From Dimorphilus gyrociliatus (lineage: Eukaryota > Animalia > Annelida), in NCBI GenBank assembly GCA_904063045.1, contig CAJFCJ010000113.1, positions 23,126-87,125 of the forward strand: a stretch of 64,000 nucleotides of DNA. The letters are read 5' to 3'. The notes under the pieces are model-generated. The model was not told the DNA's origin and did no database searches. It saw nothing but the letters and a program-made list of their open reading frames with translations. Below, in pieces: positions 38,431-50,700 of this stretch (within the stretch, counting starts at the first letter, position 1; every line of letters starts with the position of its first letter). Both the position numbers and the translations under genes were made by a program.

Positions 38431-38893
38431 TGTTAAATAATTTCTAGGAAATCATTTAACGATCCCATAAGGATCGTCCAATGATCATAATGCAATCTAG
38501 TTCTCTCCACGCTCACCAGGTGGCGTGTCCCAAATTCTCGTCAGTAGCTGAATTGTCTTCACCGCCTCAACATCTCATAATATAAATATTTGATTACGGT
38601 GGCTATTAAAATAAAGCTTATCCTGCTTTATTCAACAACTATTACATGTAATTCTCATGGCACACACCCTGAGAAGTCACTGATATACAACATTTACATG
38701 ATATATATTCCCATATGAATTGAAGCTTTGAAACACACCAATAGGACACAACATGCAACATCAATAGGCTGAGATGAGAGGGGTTCTCAAACAGGACCTA
38801 TCTCTTTTGGTGAAAAACACTGTACTGCTTCTGTTAAATAATTTCTAGGAAATCATTTAATGATCCCATAAGGATCGTCCAATGATCATAATG
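38431..38893 (+). repeat. 62-bp direct repeat (38431-38492 and 38832-38893)
   Basis: One mismatch, period 401 bp. Contains the hairpin ACGATCC-CATAA-GGATCGT. Confidence 0.9.
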
Positions 38894-38969
38894 TTGAATT
38901 CTACTGGTAAAGTTAAAACACTCTTTTGTAACTTTACTCAACTAAGAGGTGAAAAAAAACATTAAAATC

Positions 38970-39157
38970 GGGACTGGGAGAAAACGTCCAAAAACGGCGT
39001 CAACTTTGGGGTTATGTTGAGGGCATTTTAGGGTTAGGGTGATTGAAATCACATCAGTTTTAGCTTTGAGGAGGATTATTTATGAAGAGAAGTTTGCCAA
39101 CTGTTGGGTTGGGGTTAGGGTTAAAACTCAGAAATTAGGACGTTTTCTCCCACACCC
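38970..39157. mobile_element. 188-bp Mutator-type MITE with 9-bp TSD
   Basis: TIRs GGGACTGGGAGAAAACGTCC / GGACGTTTTCTCCCACACCC. TSD ATTAAAATC on both sides (38961-38969, 39158-39166). Internal TTAGGGTTAGGG motifs. Confidence 0.93.
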
Positions 39158-39187
39158 ATTAAAATCTTGTATCTGTTTCTTTAATTT

Positions 39188-41400
39188 TTGAATTACATGA
39201 AATTTTTCAAGATAGACATACAGGCGCAAACAAACAAACAAACTATAATATCTTTTCATTTCTGCAGACTTGTTCACGTGACAGATTTATATTACAAGAG
39301 CTTACATATGACCATAGAATGTAAAGATACTAAAGGAATGGGTATATACAACCGAATGCTTTTTTATGTGACACTCAGCTATCAAATTAACTAATAATCA
39401 TATCTGTGGGATTGATCAAGATTGCAACTTGAGCAATTCTTACTACTCTTTCCAAGAGTCGTGCTATTTCCTGTATAAAAGTAAAGTATCAGTATCCGTA
39501 AAAGATGCATCATACATTTGCCAACAAATCCACATGGTTCCTCCAAGTTTTCATATTGATGAATTTAATTTTATGACTAAGCTCAATGATCGGATGAAAT
39601 TTGTGTTGATAGAGAAGGAAAGAAGCCAACAATATTCAAGACAATTTCCAGGAAGTAATCATTTTACTGTTTTGTTCCAATGGTAATTCCAATATATAAA
39701 TTTCTTTTGTTTCAAAGTTTTAAAGCTAAAGAGAGGCATTGAAGGTAGAGAAATATTGGTTTACGATGATGAAAAACCATATGAAATAGCATCAAACTTG
39801 GTCAAAACTGGACCAATGTGAATATTTTTCTTCTGTTTGTCATCTGTGAAAACATTTTCTTTTTTTTTTTGTATAATTAAGCCCGAGAACCAAATGTTAT
39901 CCCTATTTACAACAAATTGACTTTCCATATTTGAGTAGAGCTGACAAATGTTTTGTTGCCAAGGAATCTAGCTATAATAGAGAGTTAACTAGGGCAAATA
40001 CTCTTCTGGAGAGGTTAAATTGTCAAATCAGGCGTTTCTACATTGTGTTTTGTAAACAACTTCAAAGTTAATAAGTTTTTTTCTTTTTTTGAAAACTGGT
40101 ATTATGTTTATTATTGTAATTAGATTTATCTAATTACAATATTCATGAGGGTCTGAATAATTATAATTTTGAATTGATTAATTGCCCAAATGATTCATTC
40201 TTTTGTAAGAATGATACCATGTGTATTCATTACCTTTATGTTTGTGATGAAATCAATGATTGTTTTTCAGGTGAAGATGAACTTGACTGTGAAAGAGTTG
40301 AACAATTTTTCTGTTCTCAAACTCTACAAATAAGCTTTCAATCAGTTGAAATGATAAAATTCCTTTGAATATGAAAAAGCTTATACTGAATAGTACACAA
40401 ATTGTAGTCAATAGCCTTAAAAAACAAGTATCAATAGCATATTTGACAATTTACAATACCACAATAACAAATGTATCAATTTCTGTTATATTTTCAAATG
40501 TTGCAGTAATGAAGATCATTTCCAGTAAATTTAACCTTGCAATATCTTGCATATGAGAAACAGCTTCATATCTTTAACTAAAAAATTCTCATTTCAAAAA
40601 CATCAACAATTAAGATCTATTGATCTTTCTTCAACAAATTTCAAAAATTTAAATAAAAATCTATTTTTAGGTCTTGAATTATTAAATATTTTAAAAGTTG
40701 AAAAGTGCCCTATAAAAAGTATTTCAAAAGGTTCATTTAATTTGTTGAAAAATCTTCAAATTCTCTCTTTAAAACATTCAAATATTCCATTAAAAAATGG
40801 ATTATCTTTAATAAGGCTTAACAGTCAGTAAGAGAAATTTATAGCAATTTCTTTACTCTTTGTTGTTTTGCTAAAAAGTATTCAAAAAAATTGGAAATAT
40901 GCAAACCTCATTCATCAATTTTTAACTATTGTTCAGACATGCTTGATTCAAACTTTTTAAGACTTTCATTATGGATTCTTGGCATTGCATCATTTGTTCA
41001 AAATTTTTCTGGAGTCTCATTTTTCATTTATTATTCAGAAAGAAGAAAAATATTCTCTATTTTACTCTAACAATCACTGATTTTGGCATGTCAATTTATC
41101 TACTTACAATTGGTAGTACTGATTTGCTGTTTAGAGGAATTTACATAGAGAATGACTATGATTGGAGGAATAGTATAACATGTTCAGCAATTGGCATATT
41201 TTGCAGTTGGGTTCTTTTGCTTTCAATATTTACCATTCTACTGATAACAATTGAGCGATATCAGCATGTTATTTATCCATTTGCAAATATATTAACAAGA
41301 AAATTAACTGCCACGTTAATATTTATAATTGCAACATTATCAGCAATAATATCAATTTTACCTTACATCTTTTATGATGTATGTATCAGTGGAATGAGTT
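39188..41400 (+). pseudogene. Third GRL101-like receptor (C-type-lectin-like exon, LDLa, LRR, TM1-4), disrupted
   Basis: YSFQESCYFL..VSVKDASYICQQ (CTL-like), LDLa CDEINDCFSGEDELDC, LRRs, and TM2-4 LTITDFGMS..DYDWRNSITC..ITIERYQHVIYP. Several frameshifts; exons after TM4 not found. Confidence 0.8.
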
Positions 41401-41619
41401 AAAAACATACCTTAGTAATAAAAAGAAAGAGAGGAGTGATCAAATGTTATTTTTTCTTCTTCTTTTCATAAAAATTATCATTTTAGTATTAAAATTGTAT
41501 TTTGAATAAAAATTTTTTAGAAGGCAAGAATTAATGAACCTTGAGGAAAATCAATTAGTGAAATGTATGTATATTAAAACTGGAAATGAATTTCTCATTT
41601 TGATCATGTGTTTTTGCAG

Positions 41620-42010
41620 TTCTTGAATTTTTAAAAGCTCAAAAAAAGCATCATATTCTCAATGATCTATCACCAATGCTGTCGTATAGAACAATTCAAG
41701 ATTTCTACAAGAAATCACCTTTTGTAACCTATCATTTTATTTCTATAGCTACAAAACAAATTGTACAAGCATTAAAATTTTGTCATGATTTCAAATTTGG
41801 ATTTTTAGGAAACATTCATTTTGAAAATGTTTTCTTAAAGATAAAAAGAAATAAAATATTTAAATTTCTATTTCAAAAATGTATTCAAAAAAATAGACAG
41901 AAGATCTAGGAATAAACTGTTATCTTCTTGTTGATTACCTTGTTGTGAATAAAAGTAATATTGCAGAGAATGATATATATGCTCTTGGGAAATTTGTAAG
42001 AAAACTTTTA
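41620..42010 (+). pseudogene. Degenerate protein-kinase-like fragment
   Basis: IATKQIVQALKFCHDFKFGFLGNIHFENVFL resembles helix E plus the catalytic loop, and ENDIYALGK resembles subdomain IX. Catalytic residues are missing and there are stops. Confidence 0.45.
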
Positions 42011-42199
42011 CAAAAGAAAATATTAAAGATTCAAGCTTAATTTAAAAATATTCAAAGGTTTGTTTGAATAAACAGAAACTATGACAAATAATCTTTCCAA
42101 CCAAATTCTAATCCTAAAATTTCCAAACAAAAGGCGAGTTCAAAAGAGAATTCAATAATTAAAATTCTTATCTTTCATGGAAGCTAGTTATTTTGTTTT

Positions 42200-43384
42200 T
42201 TAAAGTTTCAAAGATTTCAAATGTTCACAAATAACTTCAAATTCATTTTCGAGGCTTCTATTACCAGATAAATCCAATGCTACTAAATTAGAGCAATGTT
42301 TTAATGAATCTTTAAGAAATGCCATTTTTTCCACACATAATTCACAATCACTTAGATTGATAAATGTTAAAGTCTCTTTACAACCTCTAAAACCTTGACA
42401 AATCATTTGAAATTCTTTTCCCATATCAGGGTTTATAGATAAATTCACTCTTCGCAAACAAGAGCAGTCTTTTAGTGCTTTTCCAAGTGTCTTTGACTCT
42501 CTGGGACATAAATTGCAATTACTCAAGTTGAGAGATTTTAATGTCTCCTTACTAGATTCAATTCCCTCACAAATATATTTAAATGCTTTTCCCATGTTGG
42601 GATTAGAAGACAAGTCCAAATTTTCTAAGCAACAGAAATGCTTTAGTGCTTCTCTGAAACTCTTTGGTTTTTCCATATCCAAATCACAGTGACTTAGACT
42701 AATAGATTTTAAGGCCTCTCCACAGCTTTTCAGACCTTGACAAATCATTCTAAAGCCATCATCTCCCATATAAGGATTGAAAGATATGTCCACCTTTTCC
42801 AAACAACAACAATGATTTAGTAACTCTCCAAAACACATTGATTTTTTCATATCCAAATCACAGTTACTTAGATTGATAGATTTTAAAATCCCTCTACAGT
42901 TTTTCAGACCTTGACAAATCTTTTCAAAACCATCATCTTCCATATAAGGATTGATAGACAAATCCACTTTTTCCAAACAACAACAATGATCTAGTAACTC
43001 TACAAAACACATTGATTTTTCCATATCCAAATTGCAGTTACTTAGATTGACAGACTTTAAAATGTCTTTACAGCTTTTCAGGCCTTGACAAATCATTTCA
43101 AAACCATCATCTTCCATATAAGGATTGATAGATAAATCCACTTTTTCCAAACAATAGCAATGTTTTATCATATCTCCTAAACTTATGGCTTCTTTATCAA
43201 ATAACCCACAGTTCCTAATGTTAATTGATCTTAAGGTATTTCCGCAAAGTTGAAGTGTGTCAAAAATCACTTGAAACCTATTTTCTGTGTCAGAATCAGT
43301 AGATGTATCAAAATTTTCAGATGTATCAGATGAATTGTCACTCTCTACAGAACTTAATTGTTGAAATGCTTCATCAAAATTCAT
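42200..43384 (-). CDS. Intronless RI-type LRR-only protein with acidic N-terminus
   Basis: 394-aa ORF with three highly similar 174-bp (58-aa) units starting at 42679, 42853 and 43027. Confidence 0.88.
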   Translation of the reverse strand: MNFDEAFQQLSSVESDNSSDTSENFDTSTDSDTENRFQVIFDTLQLCGNTLRSINIRNCGLFDKEAISLGDMIKHCYCLEKVDLSINPYMEDDGFEMICQGLKSCKDILKSVNLSNCNLDMEKSMCFVELLDHCCCLEKVDLSINPYMEDDGFEKICQGLKNCRGILKSINLSNCDLDMKKSMCFGELLNHCCCLEKVDISFNPYMGDDGFRMICQGLKSCGEALKSISLSHCDLDMEKPKSFREALKHFCCLENLDLSSNPNMGKAFKYICEGIESSKETLKSLNLSNCNLCPRESKTLGKALKDCSCLRRVNLSINPDMGKEFQMICQGFRGCKETLTFINLSDCELCVEKMAFLKDSLKHCSNLVALDLSGNRSLENEFEVICEHLKSLKL

Positions 43385-43607
43385 GCTCTCCTTTAAGAAT
43401 TTGGATAATAATTCCTTGTATTGAATAGATGAGCAATTCTTAATAAATTGTACAAGTATAATTATGTAGATGAAACATGCAAGATATTTTGTTTAATTGT
43501 TCTCTATCATTGATCGCTACCAAGGCTTTTATCAGTGATAATAGATAGAATATTTTAGCCTATAGCTGATAGAATTGATATTACTTTGAATTCAAATAGT
43601 TTATATT

Positions 43608-44542
43608 TGTACACATACATTCGTCAGCTATATTCTACAATAGAGAAGTAGTATTGAACCAGTATTGTACTATGCAGATAGCACTGATAAAGATAAGCAG
43701 TAGTGACCTAGTTTCGCATAGGGCAGTGCATACACATTATGCAGCAATAAAACCTATTGAATTATATAAAGAATATTTGCTATTTGCAACCTAGCATTAA
43801 TATTACAATTTATTAATCCATACATTTATGATTTCCAACTAAAACTAGTTCAATTAATTATCAATTATGCTTAAATTCTAAGTTTAGATTATATTCACTA
43901 TTCAACAGTATTGTATACACAATACTGTTCTTTTTAACATGCATTAATCAGATATACTTCCTCCTTATATGCTGATGCTAAATTTACTAACTCAATCAAT
44001 TCAATATCATTATTAAGGTAGAATATAAAAACGGTCAAATATACAATCTACATGTTTTCTTGATTGTTGGACTTGTCCTACTAAAATTGTTACATCTTAT
44101 GCAACTCTCCAACCTGAGAAATTCAACTATTATTTAGAAGAGGAAAACAATAAAAACATGACCATATTTAGAACTTTTCTTTGTCTTCAAATGTTACTTT
44201 TGTTTTTGTGAACATTGAAATTTGTGAACTATCAACCCTTAAAAGAGTATATAAACCCTACAAAATTAACAGTTGATAGTTCAGTTTTCTAACCATCAGC
44301 TAGTTGTTTAAACTAGCTTGTTTAGAACTAGAAGCTCATTTTACTCAATACATATTCTTTGGACGAAATACTGGTGTTTTGTTAACTAATTTCTACCGAA
44401 ATTGCCTTTGTTAGACTATTTGTGGACGAACTTTAAAGGTTCTATTTGTTTGAGTACTTTGGCAAGTTGGTAAATGATTGGAAAGGACAATTACAGTTGT
44501 GACGAACCAGAAATTCCTACAATTACAATACAACAAAGTACA
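43608..44542 (+). mobile_element. 5' LTR of gypsy family B element
   Basis: 935 bp, TGTACA...AGTACA, TATA-like GTATATAAA at ~44247. Followed after 4 nt by the PBS and gag-pol. Confidence 0.95.
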
Positions 44543-44545
44543 AAT

Positions 44546-47500
44546 ATGGCGCAGTCGACAGCCCACAATGCTACTTCAATGAATGTTATTTTGGTTTATG
44601 AGAATGACAAAGCCAGAGCCAAGGAAGTAGATGAGTATCTTTCAAAAATTAATGAATTAATGTTGAGAATTGAAAGTAGTGAAGCCAAAGTTGATGGTAA
44701 TAGCTTTTTAAAGTACCATTTGATGACTGGGGCAGCTACAATTCCTGAAGGTATGGCAAACCCTGATCCTACTCAACCAAAATTCAGTTATGATGGCATT
44801 CAAGATAATGCTTTGGAGAAGACAATTGCAAGTCTTCTAATTGATGCTAATGAGAAACCTAATACTACTTTGCTGAGACCCTATTCTGGTAGCAAAGATA
44901 CTTGGGCCTTTAAGAGGAACTTTCAAACAGCTTGTGAATTAAACCTTTGGGATGCAGAGGAGAAAAGAATTCAAATGCTGAGAAAATACACTACTGGAAG
45001 AGCCAGAGATGTTATTGAAAGTTTACCCTCCATGGCAAATGAAAATGAAATTTGGGATGCATTGGATGAAGAATTTAATCCAGATCCTATGGCTTACAAA
45101 AAAGAAATTGATAGATTGAGACAGTTCAATGATGAAACTGTCCAAAGTTTTGTTAGAAGAAGTAAAGAACTTGTGGAAAAATTCCTACCATTCAATACTA
45201 CTGAAATGGCTTGTGTTACTGAAAGAGTTAGAGAACTTCAACTGTTAACTGTATTCAGGAATGGTCTTAAAGGAAAAATTGTTAATCTTGTGGAAAAAGA
45301 TGGAAAGATTAATTCAGTTAATCAGTATATTAAATTGGCAAAAAGAGCAGAAATATTTTTTGATAATGCAAGAAAAGAAAGCAAAAATGAATTCAAACAG
45401 TACAAAAGGAGATTTGACAACAATCAGAGTAACTCAAATCAAAATGAACATACATTTAAACCTTTTTCTCAAAATAGATTTCAACAACAAAGAAATGGAA
45501 ATGCAGGAAATAATGAAAAAGGCAGCTTTAACAGACTAATACATGTTGGACCTGATGAACCTAATGAAACTGAAATTTCTAAAGGAAGAATGGCAATATT
45601 TAATCTCAAAGAAGAGAAAATCGCACATTTTAAGTGTACTTCTTTGGTAAAAGGCAGAAAAGATTTCCAATTTCAAATGAAAAATCATAATGGAAGAGAG
45701 GTTATTGCCTTATGTGATTCAGGAGCACTTTTGTCATTTATTACAGAAAAAGAAATCAGGTTAATGGATTCTAAATTCATCAAGAAAGAAACTACTGGCT
45801 TACCAATCATCACTTCAGCAGAGGGAAATGCTTTAAAGACAAAAGGAAAAGCAAAACTGAATATTCAATTTAATGGAAGAATTATAGAACAAGAATTCTT
45901 TATTATGGAAAAACTAGATATGGCTATAATACTTGGTTGTGATTTCTTAGAAAATGCTGGAGCTCTTATTGATTTTGCAACAAAACAAGTTTCTCTTCCA
46001 TTCTTTATCAGAAAAGGACAACCAGTTAGAAAGTTTTTGCAATATAACGAAAATTACCAAACAAAATTTGGAAAACAAGGCAGTGTAAAAAAAGTAACTG
46101 TTGGAATGATGGGACAGCATTTTGAAGATTCTGACACTCCATCTGAAGTTTTTGATACTCCATCTGAAGTTTCAGATAGTGTGGACTCAGAAATGGAAGT
46201 TACTGATCCAGATACTGGCTATGATACAAGCAACACTCATGGTTCAAGCATAGTTTATGAGGGATTCAATGGTTTTGATTCAAATAGCAATTATGGAACA
46301 GATGAAAGTTCCAGTTCTTCTGAAAATTATCATACAGAAACAAGTATTGAATCAGATCACAGCCCAGACTCAGATTTGGATATAATCAATGGTACAAGCT
46401 CATCTGAAGATGAAATTAGTGATTCAACTGATTCTGATAATGGTTCAATGATTGTTATAGACTCATCTGAGGAAGAGCTTGATAACATAACTGAGCCTGA
46501 TAATGATTCAATGATTGTTATAGACTCATCTGAAGAAGAGACCAGTAACACAGTTGAGTCTGACAATGATTCCATAATGGTTATAGACTCATCTGATGAA
46601 GAGACTGGAAACATACCTAAGTCTGACAATAACTCAGTTATTCTCATAAATTCCTCTGAAGAAGAAACTGAAGACTTGGCTATGGAAATGGAAATGAAAC
46701 CACAATACATAGAATTAGAAGATGGAATAACTATCAAAGTGCAAAAAGAACAAAAGAAAAATCCAGTAACTCCTGAAATAGAAGAATTACAGTTGGAAAG
46801 TATTGAATTTGAACATTTGTCTAATCAAAATGTACACAATATTAATTCAAATACACTAGAAATTGACAATTATTTACATGTGTCCAAAAATAATCTTGAC
46901 AAGAACAGAGAAGAATTAAAAGAAATGATAAAGAATTATGAAGACATCATTGCTACAAATCAGAATGACATTGGTTCACCAGATGTTCCACCAATGGCAA
47001 TTGAATTATTGGAAGATATAGAGCCTTTCAAACAAAGACCATACAGATTGCCACCCAACAAACAGCAGGAATGCAGGGATCAATTAAATGGATTATTGGA
47101 AAATGGTCTAATTAGAGCAAGCAAAAGCCAATGGGCTTCACCCATTGTTTTTGTGAAAAAGAAAGAAGGAACATTAAGAATGTGTGTGGATTACAGAAAA
47201 CTTAACAAGCAATCAAAAAAGAATTTTTATCCAATCCCACATCAGGAAGATTTATTTGATAAGCTTAGAGGAGGCCACAAATATTTTTCCATATTGGATT
47301 TAACAAGTGCATTTCATCATATTCCAATCAAAGAAGACGATAAGGAGAAAACTGCTTTTATTACGCCATTTGGTTTATTTGAATTCAACCACATGCCATT
47401 TGGTTTGGCAAATGCACCTTCACACTTCAGCTATATCATGGCAAATTTTGTTATTAATGGATTGGAAAACTTCTGCATTAATTATATGGATGATATTATA

Positions 47501-47754
47501 GTTTTTACCAAAACATTGGAAGAACACTTTGTAGCTCTACAGAAACTTATGGAAAGAATCAAGGAAAAAGACTTTAGAATTAAACTGAGCAAATGTGCAT
47601 TCTTACAAGAATCAGTTCAATTCCTTGGTCATAGAATTACACAGAATGGTATTGAAACTGATCCTGAAAAGATTCAGAAAATAAAAGATGCTAAATTACC
47701 TATGTTTGCAAATACTCTGTTGAGTTTTGTGGCATTTTGTGGTTATTATAGAAG
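44546..47754 (+). CDS. Ty3/gypsy family B gag-protease-RT polyprotein, truncated after the RT core by a MULE end
   Basis: Single frame: gag (RPYSGSKD...IWDALDEEF), protease ALCDSGAL, acidic spacer, RT (PYRLPP, WASPIVFVKKK, LDLTSAFHHI, MPFGLANAP, YMDD), up to FCGYYRR. No RNase H, integrase or 3' LTR follows. The track start at 44474 lies inside the LTR. Confidence 0.95.
44547..44561 (+). promoter_or_regulatory. tRNA-Ser-like PBS of gypsy family B
   Basis: TGGCGCAGTCGACAG, identical to the first 15 nt of the family A PBS. Confidence 0.88.
46436..46680 (+). repeat. Four in-frame 63-bp (21-aa) tandem repeats in the polyprotein spacer
   Basis: Units start at 46436, 46499, 46562 and 46625, encoding MIVIDSSEEE, MIVIDSSEEE, IMVIDSSDEE and VILINSSEEE. 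Confidence 0.95.
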
Positions 47755-50700
47755 GGGTTGGGAAAAAACGTCCTTGGGAAAAAACGTCCTATGCCTGGCT
47801 AAAGATATACTTGGCATAATTATTTATACTTATAATCAGAAATGTTTTTCTCTTTGCTGTTTATTTCATTTATAGAATAAAATATTAATATTTTTGAAGA
47901 AAGGGATATGTATTGTGATGTTTTTACCAGTTTTCTCTGAATTATGTAATGCTATTAAAAGAGAAATGAGTTATTTCCTTGTCTTGTCTGTAAGTGAAAG
48001 ATAAATTTTGCATTTCTTGGCATATTTTCAGGCTAATTTGTTTTTTAAGCATTGAAACTCTGGTATTGATTTAGTTTATTGAATATTACAAGATTATACA
48101 TTTTTTAAGAACACTTCTTTCCAGTGAGTTATTATTTATAATTTTTGTATAGGCAGCCATATTTGATAGTTGAAAGTGAATTTATTTTTGCAGAAACTTA
48201 GTAATGGCACCTGTTTGTATTAATTGTAATAAAAGATTTTATGGCAGACAGAGAAAGATGAAATGCAATGACTGCCAAGATTATGTCCATGCCAAATGCA
48301 TCAAAGGTCTGTCTCTTTATATGTTTTTATTAAATTATTCACTTTTTTCATTTTCAATTTAGAATCTGAAAGAGTATTTTGCAATAATTGTGCAGAAAAG
48401 TTCAGGATTCAAGAAACTACATGTTCACTTTGTCATCATATCTGTAAAGGTGATATTTACTATGTAAAACATACATTTATTTAACTTTGCTTAATATTAC
48501 AGAAATGAAAGATGATAAGTGTTCTTCATGCAAAAGTTTGAGTGAAAGATATTGTCTCATTAGTTTATCAGATGTGATCAATGATGATCCTATTGTAAAA
48601 GCTGCTCTGAGTTGTACTCATAATAATATGGTTAAAGACAATTGTAGTCTTAAAGAAGTTAGCAATACTTCTAATATGGAGGAAAATTTATTGCATGAAA
48701 ATGAAACTGAAAATAATGAGAATACGGAAAGCTCAGACAAATTTCATATTATTATTGGTGGAAGTCAAAAAGGGAAAGATATTTTGACCAACAATGGCTA
48801 TGCTTTTAATATAAAATCTAGAAGTGACAAGAGAACCATCTAGAGATGTTCTGTTAGAAATAAGAATATTCAATGTCCAGTTATTATTCAACAAAAAGGA
48901 AATATTTTCATAAAGAGTAAACATGAACGCAATCATAACAAAAGGAAAAGCCTTATTGTGAATATTTCTGCTAGAAAAGAATTGAGAGCAATCTGTAATG
49001 CAGACATCGGGTACAGGAGAAAACGTCCACTGGAGAAAACGTCCACTGGAGAAAACGTCCACTGTTTGGAGAAAACGTCCACTGCTTGGAGAAAACGTCC
49101 ACTGGAGAAAACGTCCACTATAAAACTTCAAAGTAAGATATAAGATATTTGATAGATGGAGTTTTTAGAGCAATTTGACAGGAAAAAATGAATAATAAGA
49201 ATTACAAATATTTAAATATTAATATATTGATTAAGTAAAAACAAGCATTATAACAAGAATGATTGACAACAGTGTAACAACATTAAAGAATAAAGGTATT
49301 TTAAACTGGTGAATAAATGTCAGAAGGTTTATCAAGTAAGTCCAGGGAGGTAATTGAGGCAATTTCAAATTGTTCCCATAAGCTGAATATTTTGCTCTGA
49401 ATATTCTGATATGCTTTTCTTTGCTGTCTACAAATTTTCTTTTCACTCAGTAATTTTTTATATAGCTTTATCAGATCAGCTTCTCTTTTCAGTTCATCTA
49501 AAAGCAAATAGAATGCAGTGTTAGAGCAAAGATTCTTGTTAAGCCTGTGATGCCATCCTTCAAGATCATTTTTTGTCCTTATAGCCTCACCATAAACAGA
49601 CCATACCTCTGGTTTATAAAATCCATTTATCCATTGTGTCTCAATGTACTCCAATAGAGACTTCATTTCAATAGGACTTATTTCTTTAATAGTCTTAAAT
49701 GTTGGTTCTATCAGATCAGAGGGCAGGAATGGTAATGCCATTAATTTCTTCATGATTCTATATTCAGCTTTTTTCTCCTTGTACATCTTACATAATCCTA
49801 ATTCCTGGAAATAAATATGTCAGTTCAAATCTAGACCTCAAATACTAAATTAAAGTATTACTTGAATCTTTCTGTATATTGCCTGTGTCCAGTGAAAAAC
49901 ACACCCTTTAATGTTTGCTTCAGGATAAGTGAATGATAGTGCTTTCCAAATAGCTTTTTCAAAGTCTACAACAACTTTTTTGGGGCTATGCCCATTTGTT
50001 AAATCTTGTATTGCCTGTTAATTTAACAAATTAGATTATTCAATTTAAAATGCAAAATTATTGTACCTTAAATAATTTCTTGTAGGCTGTCTTTATAAAA
50101 AATATAAAAACATATTTGTAAGGAAGGATAGTGACAAAAAACTTAAACAAACCTTTATAATCCAAACATTTTTTATGTATTTTAAATAAATGACAGCAAA
50201 GCTGACATTTCTCTTGATTTTGTCTTCCATATATTCTCTCTTCACAAATGTAACAAATTGGTGCCATGTTCAATTTGGAATCTCTATCAATAACCAACTG
50301 TATAAATTTAAAAATTAAACAATTAACAATAATGATAAACAAAATGGCTGCTATAAAAATAAAGCTAATTTATAAATAAATCATTTCAACACAATATTCT
50401 ATAACTTACTGATATCAATTCTAAAGTTTGTGTTTTGTCTGATGGTTTTCAATAGTGAAATATATTTCAAACTGCAAAAAATTCTGAAAAATTGTAGATG
50501 AAATATGCACAATATTCACTTTCCATGAAAAACATAGAAGATCCCAGAACTGTTTCCTGTCTGGATTTCAAAATGGCTACCAAAAGTGATTGCATTATGG
50601 GAATGTATTGGATATATCTCAAAATCAATAATAAAAATTTAAATTTGAAAAAGTATTTTTTAATATATTCTTCACATAGTGGACGTTTTCTCCAGTGGAC

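Noticed and set aside
38505-38525. TGGTGAGCGTG on the minus strand as a possible PBS
   Set aside because: I could not match it to a tRNA 3' end and there is no adjacent TG...CA LTR.
44474-44545. N-terminal 24 aa of the 1133-aa ORF
   Set aside because: Lies inside the LTR (U5). The C-terminal GWEKTSLGK... tail after 47754 is likewise read-through into the MULE end.
49009-49120. CRISPR-like array of 16-bp repeats (also 5137, 37244, 50678, 51700)
   Set aside because: Spacers are 0-4 nt, the arrays are mirrored at both ends of a TSD-flanked element, there are no cas genes and the context is eukaryotic. These are MULE subterminal repeats.
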